A stretch of 64,000 nt of DNA from Klebsormidium nitens (taxonomy: Eukaryota > Plantae > Klebsormidiophyceae), in contig DF237137.1 of assembly GCA_000708835.1 (NCBI GenBank), positions 85,574 to 149,573 on the forward strand, given 5' to 3'. Within the stretch, counting starts at the first letter, position 1, and every line of letters starts with the position of its first letter. This document shows, piece by piece, positions 35,075 through 48,500 of this stretch. The notes below the pieces were generated by a model, which saw only the letters and a list, made by a program, of their open reading frames with translations, was not told the DNA's origin and made no database searches. The translations under genes and the position numbers were made by a program.

Positions 35075-36630
35075 TAGCGACTGCGATAAGCAAAGCTCTA
35101 TCAGCGATTCTGTGCAATCTCCAAGCACGAAAGGGATAAGGGGTTGGAACTTGAGACCGTTAAACGACAATGATCAGCTCATCACAAACAAGGGACGTGC
35201 CAGGCCGCCCCCCATTTACAAGACCGATATGAATGCCTTGGAACCAGAGGTCTTGTGAAAGCTAGGAGTGGCAGTAAGAGACCGCATAAAAGCGGACAGG
35301 GAGTGTTCAACATCACATGAAGTGCGGAACCGCAAACGCAAATCAAATGGTTGGTCCAGGAATCCGTGATATATGTGTATCGCACACCGGGTTGACGACG
35401 CGTCTGCGCGGACCCACTCAACAAACCGGCTCAAGAGCACGCCGGGTTCTCTTCGTATGAAAAATACCGCCCTTTGGCCGGGAGCTGGCAGATTAGGTGC
35501 ACCTGCTTCTTCTGTTCATTGAGGGAGTACGGATAGCGTATTCATGTGGGTCAAAACCCTGCCTTTCGCGGCTCTGCAAATGATCCACACTTTTGACGGT
35601 TCAATTTCGGTTGGGTCCCTCAGGTGAACTTTCGGGCACGATATGTTCGTTATCAGATCAACCGTGTCTGACATTGAAAAAATCACATACGTGATTGGGC
35701 ATACGCATCGTTGTACCAAGCACGGACTAATGAAGAGAATTCATAATGCTAACAGTCATTTCGGTCGGATGACGGCCTCGACTCATGCATGTTGCACATT
35801 CGCCCAGAGACTGCGGTGCGCACGTTGGATGACTTCGCATCTCGACGGAATGAAGGACTGTTAGATCGTTCCCGGCTCATGAACCCGAGGAATAACGGGA
35901 AAAAGGAACGTTGATTGAATGAGTAGGAAGTTCGGACTCCCACTTGTTGGGATCCATCCTATAATCGACGCGTCACGCAAGAGCTTCGTGCTCGAGACTA
36001 AAGTGTCAAGCCCTACTCCTACAATTTACAATCTCAGACGTCACTATTTCACAGGCTTATTACCCACTATAAATGCCCCTCTCTGGAGAGCGTGACCACC
36101 CTGCATACTGATCTCAAAGAGCCCGAACGTTACGCACACTTCCGAATATCCTTCTAGTCCACATCCCACGGCGTCGGCTTGAGGGAAGCCTTGATTTCAA
36201 TCTCTACACATCACTGTACCTATGTTGATAAAGCACAGGGGCGCAACGCGCCTTGCGTTCCCTGTACATTTGTACCTACTTTAAACCATCCACTTCCCTT
36301 CATCTAGTGGGACCAACCCGTTACTGTCAAAGCATTCCGTCGCCCTCACCACGGAATTCTATGCCTCATCATTAGCCCCCGGCCCGGAGGTAAGCCTGCT
36401 CAATTCCGCCCGGACGGACACTAATGCACGACCCTACGATCAGAATATCACTACAGTTGTAAGCTTTTGCTTTAGCAAACCCCTACCTCAGACACTACCC
36501 TCCTGCTCCGCAACCGTACCCAACCTAATCCACCCCCAAGCTGACCCACCCCTCCCAGGCTGGTGATCCTAGTAATTTTTCGCTTGCTTCTCTCGATCTG
36601 CAGTCTTATACATGAAACGGCGCGGCGCTT

Positions 36631-39600
36631 CTACTGCACGGCCCCCATGCCAAAGATCTTCCCCTGGGGGTGCGCGCGCACCGTCTCCGCCGAGGACGAA
36701 AGCCACAGCTTGGTACGCACCGCTTCAGCCGGTACAGCCGCCGAAGCGACCGGGGGATCCCCCACCAGCGGGCAGCCCGCCGTGATCCAGGCCTCGGCGA
36801 TATGGTGACCGGTCATACCGGTACCGGGCACAATGTTCTGCCAGAACTGGCCCATGGACCCGCCCCCCGGGGCGAGGTAGACGGTCAGGAAGGAGCTGGC
36901 GTCAGCATAGTGGGGCGTGACGTAACCGTTGGACGGGTCCGCGAGAGCCGCCATGAAGTCGTCCAGAGAACCCTTCAGCCATTCAGTAACCTCTTTTTCC
37001 TGCGGGTTACCCTGTACGTGGACGTACGCGAAGTTTGGGTCCTCGCTTTCAGTTGCAAACGATATCCTTAGGTGTAGAGACGGGAGGAACCCACGCCACT
37101 TTCGCAAACCGCCTTGGCTTTGAGGGGTACTTTAGGAACCCCTCATCCAAAATGAATGGATCAACCTTACACAGCCGATGCCACGCAAACGAGAAGGGCT
37201 TGGAAGCAGGCAGTTCTCTTAGGAAGCCGCCGTGTCCGGCTGCAACGTGGTATGCCCCAGAACTGGGCGGAGTGTCACAGACAGAACCGGATTGTGCGAG
37301 AGTGCATCGGGTCGACTTCGGACCGCAATCTCCCAACGATAGCAGCACCAACGAATTCAATACGATAAAACCCTCATCTGGATCCGATCCAAACTCGAAG
37401 TATGATTCGGACTTGGATCAGATCTCATCTTAATTGCTTTCGGACCATTTCGAGACCTTCCGGACGATCTGAACGGGGTCCGGCGCATCCAGACGCGTTT
37501 CCGGAGGGGGAAAGGCGTTCAGACTCAGGTGGGGCTAAGTTCTGGGTCAGAAGAAAGGGTTTCTCAAAAGCCAGTGAACTGGTGATCAATGTGAATCTTG
37601 AGATGCCTGCTCTCAAAAAAGCCCCACCTTTCCGTGCAGGAATTTCGTCGTATGAGCCTCCTCCCCCAGTGCCTGCTTCCGGAAGTACTCGAGCGCCTTC
37701 TTGAAGCTTTCCGCTGCGGAAGGCGGCGGAAGCGGATTCGGCTGGGGGCCTAGGCTGCTGATCCAGTCCGCCCAGAGCACTTGCTCCTGGTCGAAAGCGA
37801 GATTTGATGAGGATCGGATTGGCTGTTCCGGTAACGTCAGGTGTGTTGGACTTTTAGCGAGCAGAGAAGATTTTGGGAGCGTGAGCGTCTGATAGTCTAT
37901 GCCAAAAAGCGCTTACGAAAAGTTAGAGACGAAAGCTAAAAGCAAGCGAGATTTGCGAGATTCGAAAAGCTGAAGTGTGCTTTCAAATCTGTCTGTGGGA
38001 GACAAAGAAAAAGTGCGGTAACTCACGACGAAATTCTAGCCGACATCACTGCCATCGCAAAAGTAGACCAAGAGCAGTACTGAAGTAAACACCAACAAGT
38101 GTGCTTTACCTATCCGAGTCACCCCATGACGGTCAGTATTAAACGGTTGAAGTCGAAGCTGCCGTTGTCTTCTACACCCTTTGAGCACTATGATACTAGG
38201 CTTCAAAGCCGTTTTGTCCTATCTGCAAAGCAACAAGTAAGAGTGAAGCCGTCTCTTACAGCTGGTGTGAAAACCCCGAGCATCGGCCCCGTCTGGAAGT
38301 TCATCAGATCGAAGATGGAGCTGGTCTTGGGGCTTCCCGGGTCGACGAAGGGGCTGCTCGCGAGCTCATCGAGCAGCTTTCGGGGGTCTGTATTGTCGGG
38401 CGGCAGGACCCCCCGTTGATCTTGGTGAGCCCCAGCTTGGCGTCGCCGTGGTTCTGGCTCGCGTAAGGGGCCTTGTGCCTGGACACGCGGCGAACGTACA
38501 GAAATCAGCAGAAATACGTGCAGGAGCACGTGGTTCATTGGTCGAAGTGCCCGCTACAAGCAGAAAGGAGATGCTCTGATTGTACGCGCATTTGAGGGGA
38601 TTCCTGGTTTTGTTGCTTATCAGAGTGGAAACGTCTGAATCGGCCTTTTGAAAGTGGCCTGGAAGCAGGGAAGAGTTGGGAGGGCGCTTTGCCAGAGGTC
38701 TGACCTACAACGGAACTCAGGATCCATCAAGAGAAGAACTTTCAAGGTGCATCGATTATGTTAACGTCTTTTGGTGGTTCACAAGTTGTACGCTGCAGTT
38801 CCCAAACGGCAAATTTCGAACCACAAAGACGAACGATTGAACCATTGATAACCGACTCATCTGGATCGTTCGAAGCTTTCTGATGAAGGCGTTCCCAGCA
38901 AAGGCTTGCTCATGACGTCACTGGATTTAAAGGGTCATTTGCGCCGCTCGCGCCGCGCGGCGCTCAACAAACGAACAGCATGTCCGTGACGTCACGTGGC
39001 TTACGTGATCATTTGCGTCATCCGTGCGGCGGGGCTCAACGGGTGCAAGAGCTTGTTCTTCAAGTCTTCACCCAACGTACCGAGATTGGCTTGCGTCGTG
39101 TACCTGCCACGAGTTGAAGAAGGAAAGATTACGGGTCCAGCTTGACTGGGGGAACCGCAATCCATGGCAAGAATGAGATGCGTACAAGCACAAGAGTCTG
39201 AGCTGTCTCGCTTTCAACCGGCCGCCATCTGAGCGACGATTCTTTACATCTAGCCGCTTGTCGTTGTAGATCGCGTGAAAGTTACAGCAGGAAGATCCGT
39301 CCGAGGTGAGCGCTAAAGGACATGCTAAACGGCCCCAAATTCAGCGACTCACATTGCGCCTCTGCAAGCCTAAGCGGTTTTATATGAATTGTCATTCTCC
39401 CGGAAGCTCGACCATTCCGATCAAGACCGGTCTCCCCGATCGAGCGAGTCTTCAAAAGCGTACATTATGAAAGTCGCCCAATCTTGACTCCCCGCCTTCG
39501 CGACTGCCCCGCCCTCAAAGCGTTGACCTGAAGTGGGCGTATCTCGCAATTGCCCTTCAAACCCAGAAACCCATGTTTCAGTCACGCTTGACCCGGCAAC

Positions 39601-42600
39601 CGGTCTACCTTTCAGCTACTTTTCCAATCAGACGAAATTAAAGAGTCTCGCACAAGTCGCAAAGAGAGTCGCACCCATTCCAGATCCTTCTCCACGCCGC
39701 CTGCATGGCGTCATACCCGAGCTGTGCTTCGACCTGTTCCAGGTAAAGCTTCACCGCCTCGACCGCCCACGCGCCGTGGCCGTCCGAAGCGTTGTCGATC
39801 CCTGCTCAGAGTCCGTATGGTTTCGTTTCAAGAGTGTCTCAGCTCCGTCATGATTGAACGAGAGATTGAACTCAATGTACCGAACCCGGTTTGCTTTGGA
39901 AGACAGATCTCGTATACAAAAGGGAAGGGCATCTCATGCATTGGTGCGACAGACGTACTAAAGGCACTGTGACGTTCCGCAACAGGGTCTGGCTGCAGCC
40001 TATCCAACGGCAAGGCTCATGGGCGGTTGGAAAGAGAGGGAAAGACTCCTTAGAAATTGATGGTTCGCAAGTTGTCTGACGAGAAACGCATAGGCGACTT
40101 CAGCTCGAGTTAAAGTCAGTGGTGACCTTAGATTGCAACATCTCCGCAATTTATCATCTCCGGATATATTTCGAGGTCGCTTTCATTGGAAATATTGCAA
40201 TATCCAAGCTAAAACCTTAGAAAATGAGCCTGAAGCGGCCAGTAATTTCAAAGCGTCACGGGCGCCTCTGCGGAAAACAAATGCAAATCGAGTTCAAGCG
40301 AAGCAAGCAGTAAAGACTCACGAGGACCGGCTTCGCTCGATTCTCAAGAACGATAGAACATCCACCGTTGCCGTGCTTACGTCTCACCTTTGTGCATGAC
40401 ATAGAAATGAAAGTTGACGCCGTAGCAGTCGAGGAGCTCTTGCTTGCGTCTCACCGTTGTGCATGGTCTCAAAGTAGTGCGAGTTGGCACCGTATCATTT
40501 CAGGAGCTTGAGGCTCAACTCTCACCTTTGTGCATGACGTAAAAGTGCGAGTTGACGCCGTAGTAGTCAAGTAGCTTGATGGTGGTTGTCAGATCCGGCC
40601 CCGCGAACCACTCGAACTGCATCGTGATGCCCAGGATCTCCGGGAAGAACTCTGGCGTGTGGCGCGAGATGGACGCCTGCCACGTGGCGCAACTGACGTC
40701 AGCTCCGAAGAGAAAATCTGGCAGAGTGTTCACGGGTCTTCCCCAGATAAGGCTCCGAGAAAGGACAAGAAGGAAGCCTCAAAGTGACCAGTTTGACCCT
40801 TATGGGCTTTATATTACCATTACCCCTACCCCCCGAAAGAAGACTTTTCAGTCAGCTTGGAAGCTGCCAGTCTTTCCTTGTCAAGAAATTGAAGATTGCA
40901 CAGACTCTCGGCGGAAAGAGACGAGGTTGTTGTTAACGACGAGATGGACTTCCTTCCGAATCCCTATGGTTGCAACTATCATCATGCACAAAAGCCTGAC
41001 ATACTTGGAGCGCGCTGGCGAGTCCTCTGTAAGCAGATGCTCACACCCACTCACAGAGCGCGACACAGTACTTTCATCATGCTAAATTTGCCGAATCAAA
41101 ATGTCGTCATACAACAGAATCATATGAAAAGATGCCAACTCAACTCTCGCATTCTTACCTGGTATGCTGGCATCGTGAAAGCTGAGTCCAGGAAGCGGGG
41201 ATCGTTGGCGAACTCCTGGCTGGTGTGCGGGTAGGGGTAGAAGCCTTCCTGATGGCATAGGTCTTTCCAGATGTTGCAGTGGTTCTTAGTTGGGTCGCCG
41301 TTACCCAACTCGTCCTGGAGAATGTGAAGCAGCAGCGACTGGACTTGGTCGACCGGGCCGCCTGGCATAGCACGTTTGAAAGAGAAGTGATGATGAGAGC
41401 TCTTCGTTTCTCTTCGTACACTTCGTTGACTGAGAAGGGAAGATGAAGCGTGCAGTAGTGGCTGCAAGAAACTTGAGTCAAGCAATCATTGCAAAAGTCG
41501 ACCAGTCAAGAGTAAGCCAACCTGAACGAAGTTTTTGTAAAGCTCGAGAAGGCGCGTATTGAAAGAAACGTTTCTTGCGATCTGCATTCGCGAATCAAAG
41601 CGCAAGTTGCATGTACGTTACTGATCGGACATGGACTCAGCGAAGGAATGCGCTCGTCGAGGCTTGCCGCCCGATTCCACTAGAATGAGGACGTGAAAGC
41701 CATATAGTGTCTACTTAAGTAAGCGGTCAAACGTAAGGACTCGGTCTCATCCCAAAGTCAGACAGGCCACCACGACATGATCACGCCTTCGAATCAATTC
41801 TTTATCTCGCTGCAAAAGTGGCCGCTTCTCACTCGTGTTGTGGACACCCGAGAGCCAGATGCCGTCGGTGATGTTGAAGGGAGTGAACTGGACGATGCGC
41901 TCGTCACAGTCTGCTCGCGACTTGAAAACATTCAAGCCCGACCAATCGTTTGCCGGATGCGTTGCCGGATCGTACTCGTTGGCCTTCTCCATGTGGGTGG
42001 TGTAAATATCGGCCAGTCTTTGGTCCAGGGCCGCCTGGATAAGAAGACGGCAAGCGAGTTAGGGGGGGGCAAGTCGGATTTTAAGAGGATGTAAGAACTC
42101 GTCAAAGGAATGATCCAACGGAGTGAAAAGGTCAAGGATAGCTGGACCCTACGCAGTCTCGGCAACAGAGATTCGTAGGGATCAGGCAAAATCTGACGTG
42201 GTATCTAGTTACTTTGCAGCCTCCTAACGCCAAATTGAAAGCGGAAGCTCCTGTTTGATCAGGCTAATGGTTGTTCTATACCAAATGTTGATCACATGTA
42301 CAAAGAAGAAGGGCGTTTGATGCATTCACAAGCACCGGAACAAGATCATAGAGCTTTGCGATGGGCCATGCTCTTTCCCCTGTAATAAAAAAGCGACACA
42401 TAGTCCAACAGAAGCAGATGCCATTTCAGACTCGAGCCAGACTTTCGAACCCAGCAAGTGTTCCACATCGACTCACCTCAGAGTACACAAAGCGGCGGAA
42501 CTCTTCGTTACCTTCCAACCAGTCCTCATTTTCGAGCAGAGCCTCTGCGTATGCATGGCACTTGTGCACGAAAGCTTTAGCCTCAGCGAGCGCTCCTGGG

Positions 42601-43952
42601 TAGTCTTCCAAGTTGACGACTCTGTGGAAGAGCTGGCGATCGTAGCCCTGCATGGACAGTTCAGGCTTTGTCAGGTCAGAGGCAAGCAAAGCCGACCTTT
42701 CCAAGCTCCAGATACTTTGAAAGTGACAGATGAACACAAATCTGCGCTTGTTCCCTGCTTGTAGGAGTCAATGCATAATGCAGGGCATCTGAATTAGTTG
42801 ATGATGCTATGTAGGCAGTCATCGCCTGAGCTTGTAAAGCCAGGGTGTTGAGGCAGTTGAGATTCTTTCTCTGTCTCGCTCTGAACTATGCAAGCAAAGC
42901 CTGTGTATTATCCTTGCCTGTCTGACTTGCATATTTAGAGAGTATCGCCAGCAGCGATCAGAATTCAAGCAATGAAAACACTTAAGACCCAGCTTGATCC
43001 AACGCGCAGTGAAGAACCCTTCTTGACTGGGTCTTGCGATTAGCAAAGGGAAAATAAGTGAGGCTGTAGAGACACAACAAGAAAAGCAAAGTCTTTTCCT
43101 GATGCTAGAAAGGCTTGCAAGAATGACCGCCGAAAGTCCAATCATGCCAACTGCAGGCCAATGTGGGCGGTAGCTCTTAACAAACAACAAGAAGACAAGC
43201 GTAAGCCTTTTAGCTGAAATGAGACATAGTAGAGGACCAGAATTTTGCCTTTCTTGGGAGTCCTGAATGCACAAGGTTCTTCCCTGCACTGTCTATAAAA
43301 GCACGGAGCTTCTTCTTTGGGGGAGGCAATATTAACTCTGCGTATTGAATCCAGCTCCAGAAGGTTCACAGAAAATTCACATAGTTTGAGCTTGATGCAA
43401 CCGATCAGATGTTGTCAGAAAAGCTGCTTCAAGGGGAGTATAGACTTTTTCCAGTCCTTTAGTCAAGGAACCTACCGGTCGATCAGGGAAGACAGGCTGA
43501 GGTTCAAGAATTGCCCCAGCTTTTGACAGCGGAGGCTGCGCTTCGTTCAGAACAATCCTTGCAGGCGCTGTGTCCACCGTAGCCGTTGCAATTGCAGGCA
43601 TCGCCACCGATCCGTGGGGGTTACCATTGCTGGAAGCTGAGCCAGGCCCCGCTGCCCCCTGTTTTGGAGCAGAAACAACGGGAGACTTTGTATGCTCTGC
43701 TTGGTTGCGCCCGGCCGTGAGCATTGAGGGATACTTGAAGAAGGGGCAACCCCCTCCGGAGCCAGCGCCCTTGCTGGCGCTGCAATAGATTGGATTCTGG
43801 ATCAGATTGTAGCTGCGTTTGTTGTTAGGGATTGGTGAGTGCTGGAAAAGGATCCCTTCAGAGACAGAGGCGGAGCCATGGAGAAACGGTGCGGCTGGCA
43901 AAAGGGAGGGGCAGGTGGCTGCTGCGAGAATGGAGGCGGCGGCAGCCATCAT
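36631..43952 (-). CDS. Heme-oxygenase-like diiron oxidase (iron-containing redox enzyme family) with transit-peptide-like N-terminus and two C-terminal repeats
   Basis: About 10 phase-compatible exons. QFTPFNITDGIWL, ILQDELGNGDPTKNH, SISRHTPEFFPEILGITMQFEW, HFYVMHK|GIDNASDGHGAWAVEAVKLYL, AWRRIWNG|YTTQANLG give the E-H-E-H-D-H ligand set. N-terminus is Ala/Ser-rich (MMAAAASILAAATCPS...). One apparent frameshift in a G6 run near 38410. Confidence 0.82.
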
Positions 43953-45564
43953 TGCGTGAAGATCAAGAACGGAATCAGCAATATGAGCTGGCGTTGTGCG
44001 GAGGAAAAGATTGGGAGTTCTTGATTGTGGAAGCAAGCTTTATGCGAAGTAAACTGTAAAGTCGATTTCATGATCAAGCTAGCAACATCTGAAATGCATG
44101 GCTGCTCCATTATGGATTCAGAACGCCGAGCGGCATGCTCAGATAACTTGTAGCTCCTCGTTTTGTTTTCCGCAAACTTCATATTAGAACATATACACTT
44201 TTAAAGATGGAATTGAACCTGAAACACTTGCAGGCAGTGGGGCCTAGACAGCCTAGTACAGCTTTCCCCCAAGTCACAACCATGGGGTAATGGGACATTG
44301 GGAGTCGGGCTGCTCGGAACCGACTCACGTTGACAGCTGGGCTTCCCTCGCTGGTATTGATGGGTATATAATACGGGTAACGTTCGATGAAGGCAAGGCA
44401 GGCGCGTTATTACGCCGAGCGCCGCGTTACACGCAATAAATTGCGCTGATCAAGAAAGAAAGGTGCATTATGCAACTGGCAAATCCTGAGCTTTAAGCCT
44501 TTTTGGCATGCCATTTTCTTGCTATTTCGTGTGCGCCTCAAATGCGCGCGAGCGTACGCGTTCTTCAAAATGGCGAAAGCCTACGAAACCATGTCGTGCT
44601 ATGAATGCCGCAGCTAGTATGACGGCCACCGCGCTAGCCTCCTGAGGCTATTCACAGGCTCAGCTGATGAAGTGTGCCTCCAAACCACTCCAAACCCTTC
44701 CGGCTGTCGTGAGATCTAGAAATGCAACGCCCCTTTGTCTAAGCTGTCCCGTTACTAAGCGAGCATACGCTGTGCGGTGTTTGTTCACCACACAATAAAG
44801 AACGTGTGCCGCTGAAACATATAGATAGACTGTCAAAAGCATATAGCGAACAAAACGCGGGCACTCGATTTGAGTGCATGATGGGTTTTCTCCGCAGTAT
44901 ACATCGAAGGCTGATGATTGAGACATCAAAGCTCATGGGAGATCAGGACCGAGCACGAGAAGAGGAAGGGCGAGTTGCGGCGGACGGTCGCAAGCAGCAG
45001 CTAAGGATGTGCTACAGGCGGCTACCCCGGCCACTTGAGCTTCTAAACATCACTGTAAAAAGAAAATACTGGTTTATGATTCTTCAATCGGAACGTACCT
45101 TGTAGCACGTCGTACCATATGATATCATGAGGCGCTTGCACACGGAGACTTAGGCGGGACATATAAATGCAACGTCACTTGAACGCGCCCCTTCCGACAG
45201 TACGTCAAAACCTGATCGCACGGTGAGGGATCACTGCAATTGATAAGCGCATGAAGCGACTCCAGTGCGCATCGCCCAAAAATGCGTTACTGCACCCAGT
45301 GCCATAGCAGCGACGTTTACGGTTGACCGAAGTAACAGACCCCTGGCGAATTCGGTTCTCCATCTTCCGCTTCCATTGCGCTGACGCACATACAGATCGA
45401 CACAGAAGCCGTCAACGCCTCAGGTGTTGTTTGAAGGGATCCAACAGTAACCTCGCCCCCCTGCTCACTTCCGGAATGCAGATTCCTGCCATACCTTTTT
45501 TACAACCTCTTTTCAGGAAAGTTCCGCTTAGTACACGTATATTGAATCTCAATCAAGGGAGGAG

Positions 45565-48500
45565 TCATCTCGAAGAGATGTTCAAAGTCACAGGTCCGTC
45601 CGGTCGGAGAGTAATGACAGGCTGCGGCTGCGCGATCCGCCCTCCGGACGGAACGGCCAGTTTCCGTCGTCGGAAGATGGTCGCCAGAACCTGGCAGACG
45701 GGGAAGCGGGAACGCTTTATATTGCAAAACAGAGACAGGATGAACGTTTCGAATTCTCGAGTAAAGGGATTGACGACAAGGCAAACCCAGAAGGCCTAAA
45801 TGCAGCGAAGAGGAAAGGATTGTTGGGTCCGCTTAACGGTTCTGGCTTCAACACAAACAGAAGCAAAAGCGACTTTTATGGCGCTCTTGGAAAGAAAAGC
45901 AACGGTCAAAGCTCTCTGCAAAAGGCGTCTGCAAACATTCAGCGCAGCTAGCGCCCGCGGTGTCTTGGCCCGTCAACTTCTGAAAGTCAACTTAAAACTC
46001 AGATCGTACGAAATCCGCATCAGAAACTGAGACACACCATCCGCCACAGACTGTGTCCCGTAGCTCAAAGTTACTGCAGATCGGCTCCAAAGTGAAGTCC
46101 CTCTTCCCGTGTATTACTATCACAGTCGCAAGGTCACGGCAAGTTAGGACTTCCAGACTGTAACAGATGTCAACGGTATACCAGCCAAGCTCGATTCGAG
46201 GTCAATGTCGAGCAGATTGTAGCCAATTTTGTGAAAGTCCACGGCTTCACCAGTGATTGCTCAACAGACTGCCTTCCAGCATCGCGGAACTCTCGCAGTA
46301 CTGCGCTCCCAAAGCAACGCACTTCAGGCCTCCAACCACTGTCAGCGGGTAGAGTGGTTGTCGGTCTCGATCTAGGGTCAAAGACAAGCAATTCTTTGTG
46401 TGACACATTTGTGTCACATTGTGTAACATTGTATCACGGTTCTCAAGTTTGCTCACCAGAATGCCTTCCATCATCGCGAAGCCTTCCCCGATGCACACCC
46501 GGGGCCCCGCGCCGTAAGGCCAATACGACTCGTTGTCTTTGGGCGGCTTGGCGTCCCCGCCAGGGAGCCACCGATCCGGATCAAAGCTCTCCGCCCTGCG
46601 GAGCAGAAATGATGGATGTCAGCGGAACGGAACTAGGTGTCTGAAGTCTTGAGTTTTGGAGAAGGATCCCGGGTTTGGGCGGCTTAGTGTTTCCCCCGGG
46701 GAGCCACCGATCCGGGTCAAAGCTCTCCACCCTGCGGGGCAGACATGATCAGGATCACCGGTTTTCGAATTCGAGTATATTCTTCATCTTTTCGGGGTTT
46801 TGCTGGTCAAGATCGGACATTAGGAAAAACAGGTCTACCGACTTTTCTGAGAGCGAAGGGATCCCTCGAGCAACGTGGTCCGTGAGCAGGGCCAAAAGGA
46901 CCGACTGGATCCTCAGTGGCGATGAAGCACGGCGCGAAGAAGGAAACGGCAGGCCACTTTTCAGTGAGATGTGTTAAAGCCTAGATGGAGCAAGCACTGA
47001 CAGTGATTTGTGTTGCTTTTCAATGGAGCAAGCGCTGATCGAAGCGACTTTGACGATGAGAAGCGGACTGGCCCAAGTCTTGTCAAAAACGCCTTTCGAA
47101 GACGATAATTCCGAAGGGGCATGAGTCCGTTCTTTTCCTTGCAGCTCGGTAAACAAATTGATTTGGTGAACCAGTGCATGGATGATATCAATATCCTCCC
47201 CCACAGTGACGGGCCACCAGAGAACCAGTCCATCGTCAAAACCTTTCTTTGATCAGCCTGGAGAACCAAGACCGTCCTCAGCCCCGAACTCCCGCAACCA
47301 GAGCCTATTCTCACCGCCTAGGCCCATTCACACTGCCTGAACCTTTTCTCACCGGGGCCAGTGCTTGGGGTCTCGGTGCAAATTGTACAAACTGATGAGC
47401 GCCGTCGTTTTGGCCGGTAGATCGTACCCCCCCAGCCGCGTCGCCGCGCACGCGCACCGCCCGATAATCCAAGCGGGGGGCGTCAGCCGCATGGTCTCCA
47501 GAACTACGGCTTCCGTGTACCTGTAGGGAAAAAGGCGCTTGCTTGCAGAATTCCGACATTTGTGCAGTTCCATTATTGACTCAAGTTTGAACTTCTTCGA
47601 TCTTACAGGCAAGATGGCGGTCCAACAAGCTGGAGCGCGTCTGCCTCAAGGCTTCAGTGTTTCTTTGATGACAAGACGCAAGCGATGCACGTAAGTGATC
47701 GCAAAATCCTCCCTTTTTGTCCTGCAATATAGTCTCTTTCCTCTACAGACAACGAACCTGACAGCAAGCAGCGCCGTTTGCAGACGACCGATTTCCTTTA
47801 CTTTCCGCTAATCTGACAGTTGGGCCGTGGCTCCGCTTCTGAAGTGTTGAGACTGTACGATCCCGAGTATGTGTCCACCTGCTCCTACATCAGAACTTGA
47901 GCGAGCTCCTACGTCAAGTTTCAGCGAGCCCGTCCAGCCCGGTGGTCAGGTTCCAAGAGGAGGCGTCATCTCACTTGAGCTTCCCCGCGTGCGCACTGCT
48001 GACGTCAGCACCGCCAACCACGTCATCGACCTCCTTCGCGATGCGCTCCTGCATGTGCGGATGCTGCGCTAGGAACAGGCACGCCCAGCTCAGCAGGATT
48101 GCTGACGTCTCCTGGCCCTGCAGAGACGTCGGGGCCACGTCAGCGAGGGAGGCGACGCAACGTCAGCAAACAACAGAGAAGAGAGCCGCTTTCGGGTTGG
48201 AGAATTGACGGACTCACAATCGTCAAGCTGATCAGAGAATGAACGGAATCGAGGGTCGGATGGAGCGAGACATCCGTAACAGCCCCAGAGTGTGACAATT
48301 TGCTTCAAGAACCAACCGGCATACTGAAGTCAGCAATGGGCGGAGGAGACAGGTGCAACGTTGATCAAGGATCTGAAATTCGTTGCTCGACCAGGACAGC
48401 GCGAAAAGCTGGCGCTCCCGAGGCCGAATCCCGCGTGATGACGTCAGCAAGCTTCCTTTTTACGACGATCCCTCGCACGACGAGTCAACAAGGAAGCGTC

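Noticed and set aside
44570-45105. Short ORFs 44660-44929 (-) and 44806-45105 (+) between the oxidase and the P450
   Set aside because: No recognisable motif or consistent splice structure; may be UTR or decayed sequence.
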